From positions 1 to 41,357 of the forward strand of contig JAUCBJ010000037.1 of the NCBI GenBank assembly GCA_032718475.1: a stretch of 41,357 bases of DNA, in the 5' to 3' direction. The notes under the pieces were generated by a model. That model did not search any database and was not told the origin of the DNA. It saw only the letters and a program-made list of their open reading frames with translations. This DNA is from Nemertoderma westbladi (taxonomy: Eukaryota > Animalia > Xenacoelomorpha). Of this stretch, positions 11,041 through 23,647 are shown piece by piece. A program made the translations under genes and the position numbers. Position 1 is the first letter of the stretch, and every line of letters starts with the position of its first letter.

Positions 11041-13334
11041 TTGTTATTCCTGCAATTTACGTATATTTATCTGAAATATATATATTTGGCGCTCCGAAAA
11101 AGTAGGAATTTTATTCAAATTTTTCGAGCGCGGCAACGTTAATAAAGGTTATTTTCATACCCCAGGGAAGTTTATTGGTAGGTTGTCAATATTGTATGTG
11201 TTTAATAGATGAATATAATATATATACTATATAATAATAGGTACCGCGTACCGGTATATATTTCTTATAAAATATATAACATAATTCCTACACTATGTTT
11301 CTTCTTTTGTTTATTAGGTCTCAAGTTGGAGTTGTTTATGTCAACTAATTTATAGAAACTTACAGGGGCGTGTGATATTCTCCATGTAATCAAACTCACT
11401 ATGGGTTTACACTCTTTTTCTCATAATAACTCCAGAGAGAACGACTAGAAATCATACCCGGATTTAACAACAAGACAACAATGGAACGCCTGTTCTATAA
11501 CCGGCTCTGGCAAACCGAACGCAAGTTTAAAATCAATAACATACAATCATTTACGCCCTGACCCATCCCAAACGTCGTCCTCACCTGTCAATGGAACAAT
11601 AGATGGCACATTCACATGGCAAAAGTGAAGTGATAATCTTTTGTCACTCGAATTGGGCTAAGAGTAATCAATACTCCTGATATAATGGGAACGTATGAAG
11701 TACTACAATCGACAATCTCTTACATTTTTATTACACCACTATCAAGTTTCTTTGAGCGCTATCTATAATATTATTCCCACCCCACCTGCGCTAGTTTATC
11801 ATTGTGATCCGCCGCATATAAATTGAAGGCGGCACTCCAATATCGCCAAAGGAATCCCATTTTTCCTGTAATGCACCTTAATAAGGCCTGCTGATTTATC
11901 CAAGATCACAGTTGCTATGCGACAATACAACTGGTAATCTGATTCGGTTGGCCAACCAATTGCCGATGGCTCTGCTTCTTTGAGGCGGCATATTGATAGG
12001 AATCTGTCTGTTCTCTCGATGCCAGTTCGACATCCGGCAATTCTCGTACATACGGTAAGATGCTTTTACTTTTAAGAAATAATCCTCTTAACAATGCGAG
12101 CTATTTAATCCGGTAATCTGTCAAACGCAATCAGTCCTATTCTGACCATCATTATAAAGATAATTATTTTGATACAGGTACAGAGTACAGAGTATTTCAT
12201 ATTTTAAATAAAGCTATACTTGGAAACTAAAAAAATCCACTCAAACTATTAAAATTTGATTTATCTTTTGGCGCTTACAGATTTTTCAATCTATTTTTAC
12301 CTGGAATGTTTGTTTTAAGATCAATAATAACAAATTTTCCTGCGAAATAATTGCGATCTGTGTTTTATCACACCGTAATTGCAGCGGAAAATACATCGAT
12401 TTGGGTTATTGGAAAACATTGATTTGAGTCAACATACACTGCGTGTAACTAAGTGTTCGTTTATGAATTGGACTCTACAATGTATATCGAACAGTGTTTT
12501 AGAAAGTTCGGAAAGTTCCCCACTGTGTTATAAAGTGCTACTTTATCAGGATTCCAAAGCCGGCAGAGTGAAGAAATTTCCCAAAGTGTGTTTGTTGGTT
12601 TCCATAATGTACAGTATTTGTTAGGCCGTAAATACAAATCCTATAATGTTGTTTTCCATGCTTTTTGTCTACACAAAAAACACTCAATCATGATATTAAT
12701 TAATGTAATTAATAGACCTTATGTTAGTATCTTTTATAATTTTAGTCGACTACACACACATAGTAGGAAATAATAATAATATGTCCACCAATATTATTTT
12801 TTGAAGTTATATTATAATTAATTGGCAACAGTTAGGGGTATCCATAGTAACAATGGACAATGCCCAAGGTTGTGAGTATGATCGTAACGCGACAGATGTC
12901 GCTCTACTTTATCAGACCAACTAAATGAATTACTGTAGTAGTACGGTATAACTGGTATAATTATTGTTTGAGCAAGAAGCATTAAATGTTACTGTCAATA
13001 ATAGTTACTATTTCCTGCCAAAGTGAATGTAGATTTTATTGAAATTAAAACCGAAATACTGTAAGCATTTTACAGTCGGGAGGAAATACTGATTATATTT
13101 AGTTTGTATATTTTCATAAATCCTTCTTTCGGAAACAAAACCATTGCCCCTAAGGTGTAAGTGAGTAATGCGTAAATATAAATACTGAAGACCTATAGAA
13201 AATCTATTGTTTGAGTATTTATTTACTGTATGTGGGCCTAATTAGCCTCACTTAGCTCGAAGTAAATATTAATTATATCTGTTTATTTATTAGAATTTAA
13301 CTGCTCATAATAGTTAGGCTTATATGATTAAAAA

Positions 13335-13452
13335 ATGTCTGGAAATTTGGAAAAAACATCTTCAACTAGAAGCCTTCTGGACGACTTCCCACTGTTCCAG
13401 AAACTTCCGGCATCCTGGTTCATGGAGGTCTGGGACCATTATGATGAAAACG
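13335..13452 (+). CDS. Calbindin/secretagogin-like hexa-EF-hand protein, coding exon 1
   Basis: MSGNLEKTSSTRSLLDDFPLFQKLPASWFMEVWDHYDEN-G|GTAAGT, phase 1; resembles calbindin ASQFFEIWLHFDAD. Confidence 0.8.
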
Positions 13453-13667
13453 GTAAGTCATTGTGTCAGCATGTTGTGTTCTAGAACTAAATATTGTAGC
13501 CCACGTTTTTTATTTAACGCGGAATGCCAGGACTAGCCGGGGTATCCTAGTGTTTTGGTTGTACCTGTACCATCTACCGATGTTCCCCTGTGGTCGCCCA
13601 CCTCATAGCTAAACCTGGTTAAATTCCTAGATTTCACTTCTTTACATGAAACGGATTTTTATTTCAG

Positions 13668-13738
13668 ATAACGGTTACCTTGAAGGTCTGGAGTTGGAAA
13701 AGTTCTTGAAAGACTTAAGTACAAAGCTTGCCGGGAAG
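13668..13738 (+). CDS. Calbindin/secretagogin-like, exon 2
   Basis: TTTCAG| (D)NGYLEGLELEKFLKDLSTKLAGK |GTTAGT; completes EF-hand 1 loop DENDNGYLEGLE. Confidence 0.85.
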
Positions 13739-16700
13739 GTTAGTTCAATTAATTCGGTACAAAGCTTGCCGGGAAGGTTAGTTCAATTAATTCGGTACAA
13801 AGCTTGCCGGGAAGGTTAGTTCAATTAATTCAGTACAAAGCTTGCCGGGAAGGTTAGTTCAATTAATTCGGTACAAAGCTTGCCGGGAAGGTTAGTTCAA
13901 TTAATTCAGTACAAAGCTTGCCGGGAAGGTTAGTTCAATTAATTCAGTACAAAGCTTGCCGGGAAGGTTAGTTCAATTAATTCAGTACAAAGCTTGCCGG
14001 GAAGGTTAGTTCAATTAATTCAGTACAAAGCTTGCCGGGAAGGTTAGTTCAATTAATTCAGTACAAAGCTTGCCGGGAAGGTTAGTTCAATTAATTCGGT
14101 ACAAAGCTTGCCGGGAAGGTTAGTTCAATTAATTCAGTACAAAGCTTGCCGGGAAGGTTAGTTCAATTAATTCGGTACAAAGCTTGCCGGGAAGGTTAGT
14201 TCAATTAATTCAGTACAAAGCTTGCCGGGAAGGTTAGTTCAATTAATTCAGTACAAAGCTTGCCGGGAAGGTTAGTTCAATTAATTCAGTACAAAGCTTG
14301 CCGGGAAGGTTAGTTCAATTAATTCAGTACAAAGCTTGCCGGGAAGGTTAGTTCAATTAATTCAGTACAAAGCTTGCCGGGAAGGTTAGTTCAATTAATT
14401 CAGTACAAAGCTTGCCGGGAAGGTTAGTTCAATTAATTCAGTACAAAGCTTGCCGGGAAGGTTAGTTCAATTAATTCAGTACAAAGCTTGCCGGGAAGGT
14501 TAGTTCAATTAATTCAGTACAAAGCTTGCCGGGAAGGTTAGTTCAATTAATTCAGTACAAAGCTTGCCGGGAAGGTTAGTTCAATTAATTCAGTACAAAG
14601 CTTGCCGGGAAGGTTAGTTCAATTAATTCAGTACAAAGCTTGCCGGGAAGGTTAGTTCAATTAATTCAGTACAAAGCTTGCCGGGAAGGTTAGTTCAATT
14701 AATTCAGTACAAAGCTTGCCGGGAAGGTTAGTTCAATTAATTCAGTACAAAGCTTGCCGGGAAGGTTAGTTCAATTAATTCAGTACAAAGCTTGCCGGGA
14801 AGGTTAGTTCAATTAATTCAGTACAAAGCTTGCCGGGAAGGTTAGTTCAATTAATTCAGTACAAAGCTTGCCGGGAAGGTTAGTTCAATTAATTCAGTAC
14901 AAAGCTTGCCGGGAAGGTTAGTTCAATTAATTCAGTACAAAGCTTGCCGGGAAGGTTAGTTCAATTAATTCAGTACAAAGCTTGCCGGGAAGGTTAGTTC
15001 AATTAATTCAGTACAAAGCTTGCCGGGAAGGTTAGTTCAATTAATTCAGTACAAAGCTTGCCGGGAAGGTTAGTTCAATTAATTCAGTACAAAGCTTGCC
15101 GGGAAGGTTAGTTCAATTAATTCAGTACAAAGCTTGCCGGGAAGGTTAGTTCAATTAATTCAGTACAAAGCTTGCCGGGAAGGTTAGTTCAATTAATTCA
15201 GTACAAAGCTTGCCGGGAAGGTTAGTTCAATTAATTCAGTACAAAGCTTGCCGGGAAGGTTAGTTCAATTAATTCAGTACAAAGCTTGCCGGGAAGGTTA
15301 GTTCAATTAATTCAGTACAAAGCTTGCCGGGAAGGTTAGTTCAATTAATTCAGTACAAAGCTTGCCGGGAAGGTTAGTTCAATTAATTCAGTACAAAGCT
15401 TGCCGGGAAGGTTAGTTCAATTAATTCAGTACAAAGCTTGCCGGGAAGGTTAGTTCAATTAATTCAGTACAAAGCTTGCCGGGAAGGTTAGTTCAATTAA
15501 TTCAGTACAAAGCTTGCCGGGAAGGTTAGTTCAATTAATTCAGTACAAAGCTTGCCGGGAAGGTTAGTTCAATTAATTCAGTACAAAGCTTGCCGGGAAG
15601 GTTAGTTCAATTAATTCAGTACAAAGCTTGCCGGGAAGGTTAGTTCAATTAATTCAGTACAAAGCTTGCCGGGAAGGTTAGTTCAATTAATTCAGTACAA
15701 AGCTTGCCGGGAAGGTTAGTTCAATTAATTCAGTACAAAGCTTGCCGGGAAGGTTAGTTCAATTAATTCAGTACAAAGCTTGCCGGGAAGGTTAGTTCAA
15801 TTAATTCAGTACAAAGCTTGCCGGGAAGGTTAGTTCAATTAATTCAGTACAAAGCTTGCCGGGAAGGTTAGTTCAATTAATTCAGTACAAAGCTTGCCGG
15901 GAAGGTTAGTTCAATTAATTCAGTACAAAGCTTGCCGGGAAGGTTAGTTCAATTAATTCAGTACAAAGCTTGCCGGGAAGGTTAGTTCAATTAATTCAGT
16001 ACAAAGCTTGCCGGGAAGGTTAGTTCAATTAATTCAGTACAAAGCTTGCCGGGAAGGTTAGTTCAATTAATTCAGTACAAAGCTTGCCGGGAAGGTTAGT
16101 TCAATTAATTCAGTACAAAGCTTGCCGGGAAGGTTAGTTCAATTAATTCAGTACAAAGCTTGCCGGGAAGGTTAGTTCAATTAATTCAGTACAAAGCTTG
16201 CCGGGAAGGTTAGTTCAATTAATTCAGTACAAAGCTTGCCGGGAAGGTTAGTTCAATTAATTCAGTACAAAGCTTGCCGGGAAGGTTAGTTCAATTAATT
16301 CAGTACAAAGCTTGCCGGGAAGGTTAGTTCAATTAATTCAGTACAAAGCTTGCCGGGAAGGTTAGTTCAATTAATTCAGTACAAAGCTTGCCGGGAAGGT
16401 TAGTTCAATTAATTCAGTACAAAGCTTGCCGGGAAGGTTAGTTCAATTAATTCAGTACAAAGCTTGCCGGGAAGGTTAGTTCAATTAATTCAGTACAAAG
16501 CTTGCCGGGAAGGTTAGTTCAATTAATTCAGTACAAAGCTTGCCGGGAAGGTTAGTTCAATTAATTCAGTACAAAGCTTGCCGGGAAGGTTAGTTCAATT
16601 AATTCAGTACAAAGCTTGCCGGGAAGGTTAGTTCAATTAATTCAGTACAAAGCTTGCCGGGAAGGTTAGTTCAATTAATTCAGTACAAAGCTTGCCGGGA

Positions 16701-17403
16701 AGGTTAGTTCAATTAATTCAGTACAAAGCTTGCCGGGAAGGTTAGTTCAATTAATTCAGTACAAAGCTTGCCGGGAAGGTTAGTTCAATTAATTCAGTAC
16801 AAAGCTTGCCGGGAAGGTTAGTTCAATTAATTCGGTACAAAGCTTGCCGGGAAGGTTAGTTCAATTAATTCAGTACAAAGCTTGCCGGGAAGGTTAGTTC
16901 AATTAATTCAGTACAAAGCTTGCCGGGAAGGTTAGTTCAATTAATTCAGTACAAAGCTTGCCGGGAAGGTTAGTTCAATTAACTCAGTACAAAGCTTGCC
17001 GGGAAGGTTAGTTCAATTAATTCAGTACAAAGCTTGCCGGGAAGGTTAGTTCAATTAATTCGGTACAAAGCTTGCCGGGAAGGTTAGTTCAATTAATTCG
17101 GTACAAAGCTTGCCGGGAAGGTTAGTTCAATTAATTCAGTACAAAGCTTGCCGGGAAGGTTAGTTCAATTAATTCAGTACAAAGCTTGCCGGGAAGGTTA
17201 GTTCAATTAATTCGGTACAAAGCTTGCCGGGAAGGTTAGTTCAATTAATTCAGTACAAAGCTTGCCGGGAAGGTTAGTTCAATTAATTCGGTACAAAGCT
17301 TGCCGGGAAGGTTAGTTCAATTAATTCAGTACAAAGCTTGCCGGGAAGGTTAGTTCAATTAATTCAGTACAAAGCTTGCCGGGAAGGTTAGTTCAATTAA
17401 TTC
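13718..17403 (+). repeat. 38-bp tandem array (97 copies) spanning the exon 2 splice donor
   Basis: Unit AGTACAAAGCTTGCCGGGAAG|GTTAGTTCAATTAATTC = last 21 nt of exon 2 + first 17 nt of intron 2; 3686 bp / 38 = 97. Confidence 0.97.
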
Positions 17404-18063
17404 TATTACTTATTTTTAGCTACTACAGTAACTAATATTTAAAAACGAACAGAAGTTTGATTTGTGGATTCTTCAACGATAGTTGCGGACCAAGCAAGAC
17501 CTTGGAGGGGAGGGTAGGGGTATGGGGGGGGGGGGGATTAGATGGTACGATAGGGGTGATATATAGGGGGTTATTGAAAGGTGAAAAATTTGAAGTGAAA
17601 ATTAGAATATCAGTGCTAATATTCCACAACATGTAATACTACGTAATAACTATTTACTTGTATGCTTGTATGTAAAGTAGAACTTTGGGGTGTGATGATC
17701 CGAGTGGCTTTGTTACACGAACGAACGTTAGTGAGTGAGTGAAAATAAAGCCACGAGGATCAGAACACTGTAAAGTACTTTGTAACAAGTATGTATGTAG
17801 TTTTATTCCAAAATTTTAATATTACGAAATGATTGTACATATACATGATAAGTGATAGAAACTGCACAAATTATATTAGTTACTGTATAAATAAATGTAA
17901 AAATGACATAAATTATGTTATAAATAAGTTAGCTTATATTTATGGTGGCGTTTGGAGCAATATTATAATAATATAGCTAGGCCCTACTGGTTATTGATAG
18001 CTATACCCCGCCTACCGGTAGGTAATGCAGTAGGCCTATCTGGCTGTCAGGCAAATTTCCACC

Positions 18064-18159
18064 TATTGTTTACGTGGTATCCAATGACGGCGTTAAGTAA
18101 TGTCCCATCAGTGGACTGGACATTACTTAACGCCGTCATGGGTTACCACGTAAACAATA
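18064..18159. repeat. Inverted repeat, about 42-bp arms
   Basis: TATTGTTTACGTGGTATCCAATGACGGCGTTAAGTAATGTCC ... GGACATTACTTAACGCCGTCATGGGTTACCACGTAAACAATA. Confidence 0.8.
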
Positions 18160-19332
18160 ACACCAAATACAATACTAAATGTACAGGCCAATACAATGCT
18201 GTAATGTTCTCTAAAGTCTTTCATACACTGAGGTCGATAAAATGAGGACCAGTTGAATTACGGGGGGGAAAAACAAAGGAGTGACGCCCCGCCCACCCAC
18301 CCTTATCTTCTTGTAACAGCTATCGAAAAAGCAGCCTTTGGGTAAGCTCCGCCTTCTACCGACTGTTTTCATGAACATGCTGGTTTGCTTTTGCTTGCTA
18401 TAGATATTATATAGGCATGCTGTTGTTTCGCTACGCAAGAGATAAATCATCATTTTTAGTGCCGCCCTTCCGTCCGTAGTCGGCAATGATAAAGTCAACA
18501 TAATAATTTGTACAAAACATCTAACATGTTGGGAGTTTGGGAGGAACTTCAACTTCCAAGCATCCAACTTATTAATCCAAATCGTCTTAAATCTTATTAT
18601 GCAAAGGGAAATGGAAGCCAATTAAATTAAATATCCTTGATTAACGTCGTACACAGTACGAATGCCGAAATTTTGTCAATATAAGCTGACATGAATGACT
18701 GGAAGGATAATTTAGAAAGCAATGGTGACAGGCAATCATTGGACCATGGGTTGATTATGCAGCTAGTGGTACATTCTAATTCCCTGCAAGGGAATTTAAA
18801 CTGTTGCTTGCCATCAAAAAGTGAATTATTTAAAAACGAGTAATATTTTTCTTCCTGGAGCTCCATAAAGAGGGGGGGGGGGGGGGGGGATACTTTAAAT
18901 TCATTCCTCTCCAGACATCGACGCAAATAACAGCTGATTACGAGCGACAATTGATCTGTAACCTGTGCTATTGACTTTTTTAACAACCGTAATTTGTAAA
19001 CATATGTAGGCCTATGTAACTTTACGTTGTCAATAGTTAATATATTTTTTTCACATTGGGTAAATGATGTTGAAAGGTAGGTCTAATATATATTTGAAAA
19101 CTGGTATGATTATCTAATTATATATTTCACTGGAAATAAAATAGCCGCTGACCACGTCGTATAATTTGACGAGCAGGCGAGATCAATGGTAAAAAATTAA
19201 GGGCTTATAAGGGGAATAAAGCTAATTTATTTTGAGGTAAAATTAAAATTAATTCTTAAAATGGGTAACTGGTAATTTATATTAGGTTTTCATTCGAAAT
19301 AATTCATTTTATCACACGGTATTATGCTATGT

Positions 19333-19406
19333 GTCTCTGTGGCGCAATCGGCTAGCGCGTTAGACTGTTAATCTAAAGGTTGGTGGTTCGAGCCCACCCA
19401 GGGACG
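19333..19406 (+). tRNA. tRNA-Asn (GTT), intronic
   Basis: GTCTCTG/CAGGGAC acceptor stem, A-box TGGCGCAATCGG, anticodon arm TTAGA-CTGTTAA-TCTAA, T-arm GGTGG-TTCGAGC-CCACC, TTTT shortly downstream; near-identical to metazoan tRNA-Asn. Confidence 0.93.
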
Positions 19407-19439
19407 ATGCCATTTTGTAATACTTATATTATTTGTTTT

Positions 19440-19503
19440 ACTCAAAATAATACTCCCGGTACTTAACTTAATTAAGTTAAGTACCGGGAGTATTATTTTG
19501 AGT
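19440..19503. repeat. Perfect 64-bp palindrome
   Basis: ACTCAAAATAATACTCCCGGTACTTAACTTAA|TTAAGTTAAGTACCGGGAGTATTATTTTGAGT. Confidence 0.95.
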
Positions 19504-19749
19504 CTTAGTCAATATTTATTTTGAATGGGTAATAATATATTACTTATGCCATTTCAAAAAATCGGTAACAGGCATATTATTTGGGATGCAGTCAACCTTT
19601 TAAAATATTATGTTGACTGTATAATTTTATACAGTCAACATAATATTTGAAAAAGTTGACTGCATCCCAAATAATATGCCTGTTACCGATTTTTTGAAAT
19701 GGCATAAGTAATATATTATTACCCATTCAAAATAAATATTGACTAAGAC
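19502..19749. repeat. Near-perfect 248-bp palindrome (foldback)
   Basis: Arms of about 123 bp, GTCTTAGTCAATATTT... / ...AAATATTGACTAAGAC, 2 mismatches seen, centre at 19625/19626. Confidence 0.92.
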
Positions 19750-20132
19750 GTATACTTTTATAGCTTTAAGAAGTATACGCTCCACGATTATTGTTCTTGG
19801 TTGGTCTGCTGATTGACTTTTTTTTATTAGAAGATCATGCCACTGTAATCTTTTACGTTGATACTGAACACTTTTAATTTTCCGAGATGGGATATGCGTC
19901 CGTCAATTGGGAGTGATTGGGAGTCATTGGGAGTGATGCTATTGATTCAATCAACATTCAACCCTGTACAAGGGAAAATAACCGTACATGAAATATTCTT
20001 GTATAAGAACCAAGATCAAAATATTGTCTTATATTGTCATTATATATTCAACGTGCTACCAATTTCAATAATTTTGTTTTAACTATTATGGCATTATATA
20101 ATGTAAACCTACCGTCCCAATCGATATTACAG

Positions 20133-20222
20133 GTTCCTCAGGATTCCGAATTACAAAAAATGAAGAAGAAACTTATGAAGAAGTACGATAAAGCGGGTGA
20201 TGGTAGAATATCTCTAGAAGAG
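20133..20222 (+). CDS. Calbindin/secretagogin-like, exon 3
   Basis: TATTACAG| VPQDSELQKMKKKLMKKYDKAGDGRISLEE |GTTAGT, phase 0/0; EF-hand 2. An in-frame alternative acceptor lies 9 nt downstream. Confidence 0.82.
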
Positions 20223-22298
20223 GTTAGTGGCTGGGTGGGTGATGGTAGAATATCTCTAGAAGAGGTTAGTGGCTGGGTGGGTGATGGTAGAATATCTCTA
20301 GAAGAGGTTAGTGGCTGGGTGGGTGATGGTAGAATATCTCTAGAAGAGGTTAGTGGCTGGGTGGGTGATGGTAGAATATCTCTAGAAGAGGTTAGTGGCT
20401 GGGTGGGTGATGGTAGAATATCTCTAGAAGAGGTTAGTGGCTGGTTGCGTGGGTGATGGTAGAATATCTCTAGAAGAGGTTAGTGGTTGGGTGGGTGATG
20501 GTAGAATATCTCTAGAAGAGGTTAGTGGCTGGGTGGGTGATGGTAGAATATCTCTAGAAGAGGTTAGTGGCTGGTTGCGTGGGTGATGGTAGAATATCTC
20601 TAGAAGAGGTTAGTGGCTGGGTGGGTGATGGTAGAATATCTCTAGAAGAGGTTAGTGGTTGGGTGGGTGATGGTAGAATATCTCTAGAAGAGGTTAGTGG
20701 CTGGGTGGGTGATGGTAGAATATCTCTAGAAGAGGTTAGTGGCTGGGTGGGTGATGGTAGAATATCTCTAGAAGAGGTTAGTGGCTGGGTGGGTGATGGT
20801 AGAATATCTCTAGAAGAGGTTAGTGGCTGGGTGGGTGATGGTAGAATATCTCTAGAAGAGGTTAGTGGCTGGTTGCGTGGGTGATGGTAGAATATCTCTA
20901 GAAGAGGTTAGTGGTTGGGTGGGTGATGGTAGAATATCTCTAGAAGAGGTTAGTGGCTGGGTGGGTGATGGTAGAATATCTCTAGAAGAGGTTAGTGGCT
21001 GGTTGCGTGGGTGATGGTAGAATATCTCTAGAAGAGGTTAGTGGCTGGGTGGGTGATGGTAGAATATCTCTAGAAGAGGTTAGTGGTTGGGTGGGTGATG
21101 GTAGAATATCTCTAGAAGAGGTTAGTGATTGGGTGGGTGATGGTAGAATATCTCTAGAAGAGGTTAGTGGCTGGGTGGGTGGGTGATGGTAGAATATCTC
21201 TAGAAGAGGTTAGTGGCTGGGTGGGTGATGGTAGAATTTCTCTAGAAGAGGTTAGTGGCTGGGTGGGTGATGGTAGAATATCTCTAGAAGAGGTTAGTGG
21301 TTGGGTGGGTGATGGTAGAATTTCTCTAGAAGAGGTTAGCGGCTGGGTGGGTGATGGTAGAATATCTCTAGAAGAGGTTAGTGGTTGGGTGGGTGATGGT
21401 AGAATTTCTCTAGAAGAGGTTAGCGGCTGGGTGGGTGATGGTAGAATATCTCTAGAAGAGGTTAGTGGCTGGGTGGGTGATGGTAGAATATCTCTAGAAG
21501 AGGTTAGTGGCTGGGTGGGTGATGGTAGAATATCTCTAGAAGAGGTTAGTGGTTGGGTGGGTGATGGTAGAATTTCTCTAGAAGAGGTTAGCGGCTGGGT
21601 GGGTGATGGTAGAATTTCTCTAGAAGAGGTTAGCGGCTGGGTGGGTGATGGTAGAATATCTCTAGAAGAGGTTAGTGATTGGGTGGGTGATGGTAGAATA
21701 TCTCTAGAAGAGGTTAGTGGCTGGGTGGGTGATGGTAGAATATCTCTAGAAGAGGTTAGTGGCTGGGTGGGTGATGGTAGAATATCTCTAGAAGAGGTTA
21801 GTGGTTGGGTGGGTGATGGTAGAATTTCTCTAGAAGAGGTTAGTGGCTGGGTGGGTGATGGTAGAATTTCTTTAGAAGAGGTTAGTGGTTGGGTGGGTGG
21901 GTGATGGAAGAATATCTCTAGAAGAGGTTAGTGATTGGGTGGGTGATGGAAGAATATCTCTAGAAGAGGTTAGTGATTAGGTGGCTGATGGTAGAATATA
22001 TCTAGAAGATGTTAGTGGCTGGGTGGGTGATGGTAGAATATATCTAGAAGAGGTTAGTGGCTGGGTGGGTGATGGTAGAATATCTCTAGAAGATGTTAGT
22101 GGCTGGGTGGGTGATGGTAGAATATATCTAGAAGAGGTTAGTGGCTGGGTGGGTGATGGTAGAATATCTCTAGAAGAGGTTAGTGGCTGGGTGGGTGATG
22201 GTAGAATTTCTCTAGAAGAGGTTAGTGGCTGGGTGGGTGATGGTAGAATATCTCTAGAAGAGGTTAGTGGCTGGGTGGGTGATGGTAGAATATATCTA
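20195..22298 (+). repeat. 42-bp tandem array spanning the exon 3 splice donor, left part (about 50 copies)
   Basis: Unit GGGTGATGGTAGAATATCTCTAGAAGAG|GTTAGTGGCTGGGT = last 28 nt of exon 3 + first 14 nt of intron 3. Confidence 0.96.
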
Positions 22299-22299
22299 T

Positions 22300-22923
22300 C
22301 TATAATATGTCTAATCTATCTTTAAGTTGAACATAAATTGCTCTTTTCGCTGGAAACAGACAAGAAATGGCATCACCATTAAACTTGAAATTCTCGCTAA
22401 CACATATGGGAGTAACTACCCTGTTGGGGGCCTTTACATAAGTAAACTCAGTAATGCAACTCGGGTGAGTTTCAAGCACAGATATGATTTTGTTTCTAAT
22501 TTCCTCAGCTGTATCTATGCTACAGAAATCGAGCATGCAATGCTTCACTATGTTAGAATGTTTGATAGTAATTAATTCATCTTTATAATGCTTCCCACGT
22601 ACTACAACCATTGCCTTACTGAAAGTCGTTGCTGCTGGCCTTCCACGGGGAGAAGAAAGACGTGCACGAGATGGAGTTATTCGTCGTCGGCTTACTGACC
22701 CAGTTGGAACCGATGCATATGGTGCAAATTGACGATTTAGTTCAGCTATTAACTCACGCCTATTTGAACTAGGAACTGAAGCAATATCGCAACTGGTGCC
22801 ACAATGTGAACAAAACTTATCCTCAGCACTAAGAGTTTTACTGCAATTCTGGCAGATCATAGTTCTGCATTGACGGCGGGAAATTGTCAAATATTTTTTC
22901 AAGCTACAAATGCAATCTGTCAA
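22300..22923 (-). CDS. Hypothetical transposon-borne protein with N-terminal zinc ribbon (CQNC...FCSHCG); probably truncated
   Basis: 207-aa ORF (first Met at about 22860, MICQNC) with two CxxC pairs; its stop lies at the insertion junction. Confidence 0.5.
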   Translation of the reverse strand: MTDCICSLKKYLTISRRQCRTMICQNCSKTLSAEDKFCSHCGTSCDIASVPSSNRRELIAELNRQFAPYASVPTGSVSRRRITPSRARLSSPRGRPAATTFSKAMVVVRGKHYKDELITIKHSNIVKHCMLDFCSIDTAEEIRNKIISVLETHPSCITEFTYVKAPNRVVTPICVSENFKFNGDAISCLFPAKRAIYVQLKDRLDIL

Positions 22924-23063
22924 TAATATTTTCCTAATAAATGTTTTATATTGTAAAGTATGTAGGCTTCTACATACGGTGGCTGAATTCCAAAATTAAT
23001 TATTAGAATGAAATGGTGACTTACATGTGGTGGTGAACAGGCATTATTCCTTGGCTTAACGGG

Positions 23064-23277
23064 CGCAGTGGCAGTACGGCTAATGTCGCATTACGGAAAG
23101 TCGCGTTACGGCTAATCTCTCAAAAATTTAGCTGTAACGCGACAATTAGCCGTAACGCGACAATTAGCCGCAACGCGACTTTTAGAGTAGCCGTACCGCG
23201 ACTTTGAAAGTCGCGTTACAGCTAATCTCTCATAAAATTAGCCGTAACGAGACATTAGCCGTAACGAGACCACACCG
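23064..23277. mobile_element. Nested Mutator-like MITE
   Basis: 9-bp flanking direct repeat CTTAACGGG / CTTAACGAG; termini CGCAGTGG / CCACACCG; internal inverted arrays of GTCGCGTTACGGCTAA. Confidence 0.6.
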
Positions 23278-23366
23278 CTTAACGAGCCTAAAAGATTCTC
23301 CCATTCATAATATAATTAATTTTGGCCCAATTCAGCCAACGTATCAACAGCATAATACTAATAATG

Positions 23367-23647
23367 GCCCATGTGAAGAATACCAGACTTTCTGCCGTTA
23401 TATTTCACTTTGCGGTTACCCCCCATGTGAAGAATACCAGGTTTTGACCAAAAACACAGGTTACAGAAGGGCTGAATTTAACCAAAACAATAAACGAAAT
23501 AGTATATGTATGTACAGGTTATAAGACAGAAATAAACGCATATAAAACATTTATTAAAGATAAATTTAAAAAAAATTAAAAATCTTAATATAAAATTCCA
23601 ATAAAAGGTCGTCCGAAAAGTGAAATCCTGGTATTCTTCACATGGGC
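23367..23647. mobile_element. Nested MITE remnant
   Basis: 20-bp inverted repeat GCCCATGTGAAGAATACCAG / CTGGTATTCTTCACATGGGC, with a further direct copy near 23421. Confidence 0.5.

Noticed and set aside
13718-17403. CRISPR-like array (repeat length in the 30-40 bp range)
   Set aside because: No unique spacers; these are head-to-tail repeats in a eukaryotic intron, with no cas genes.
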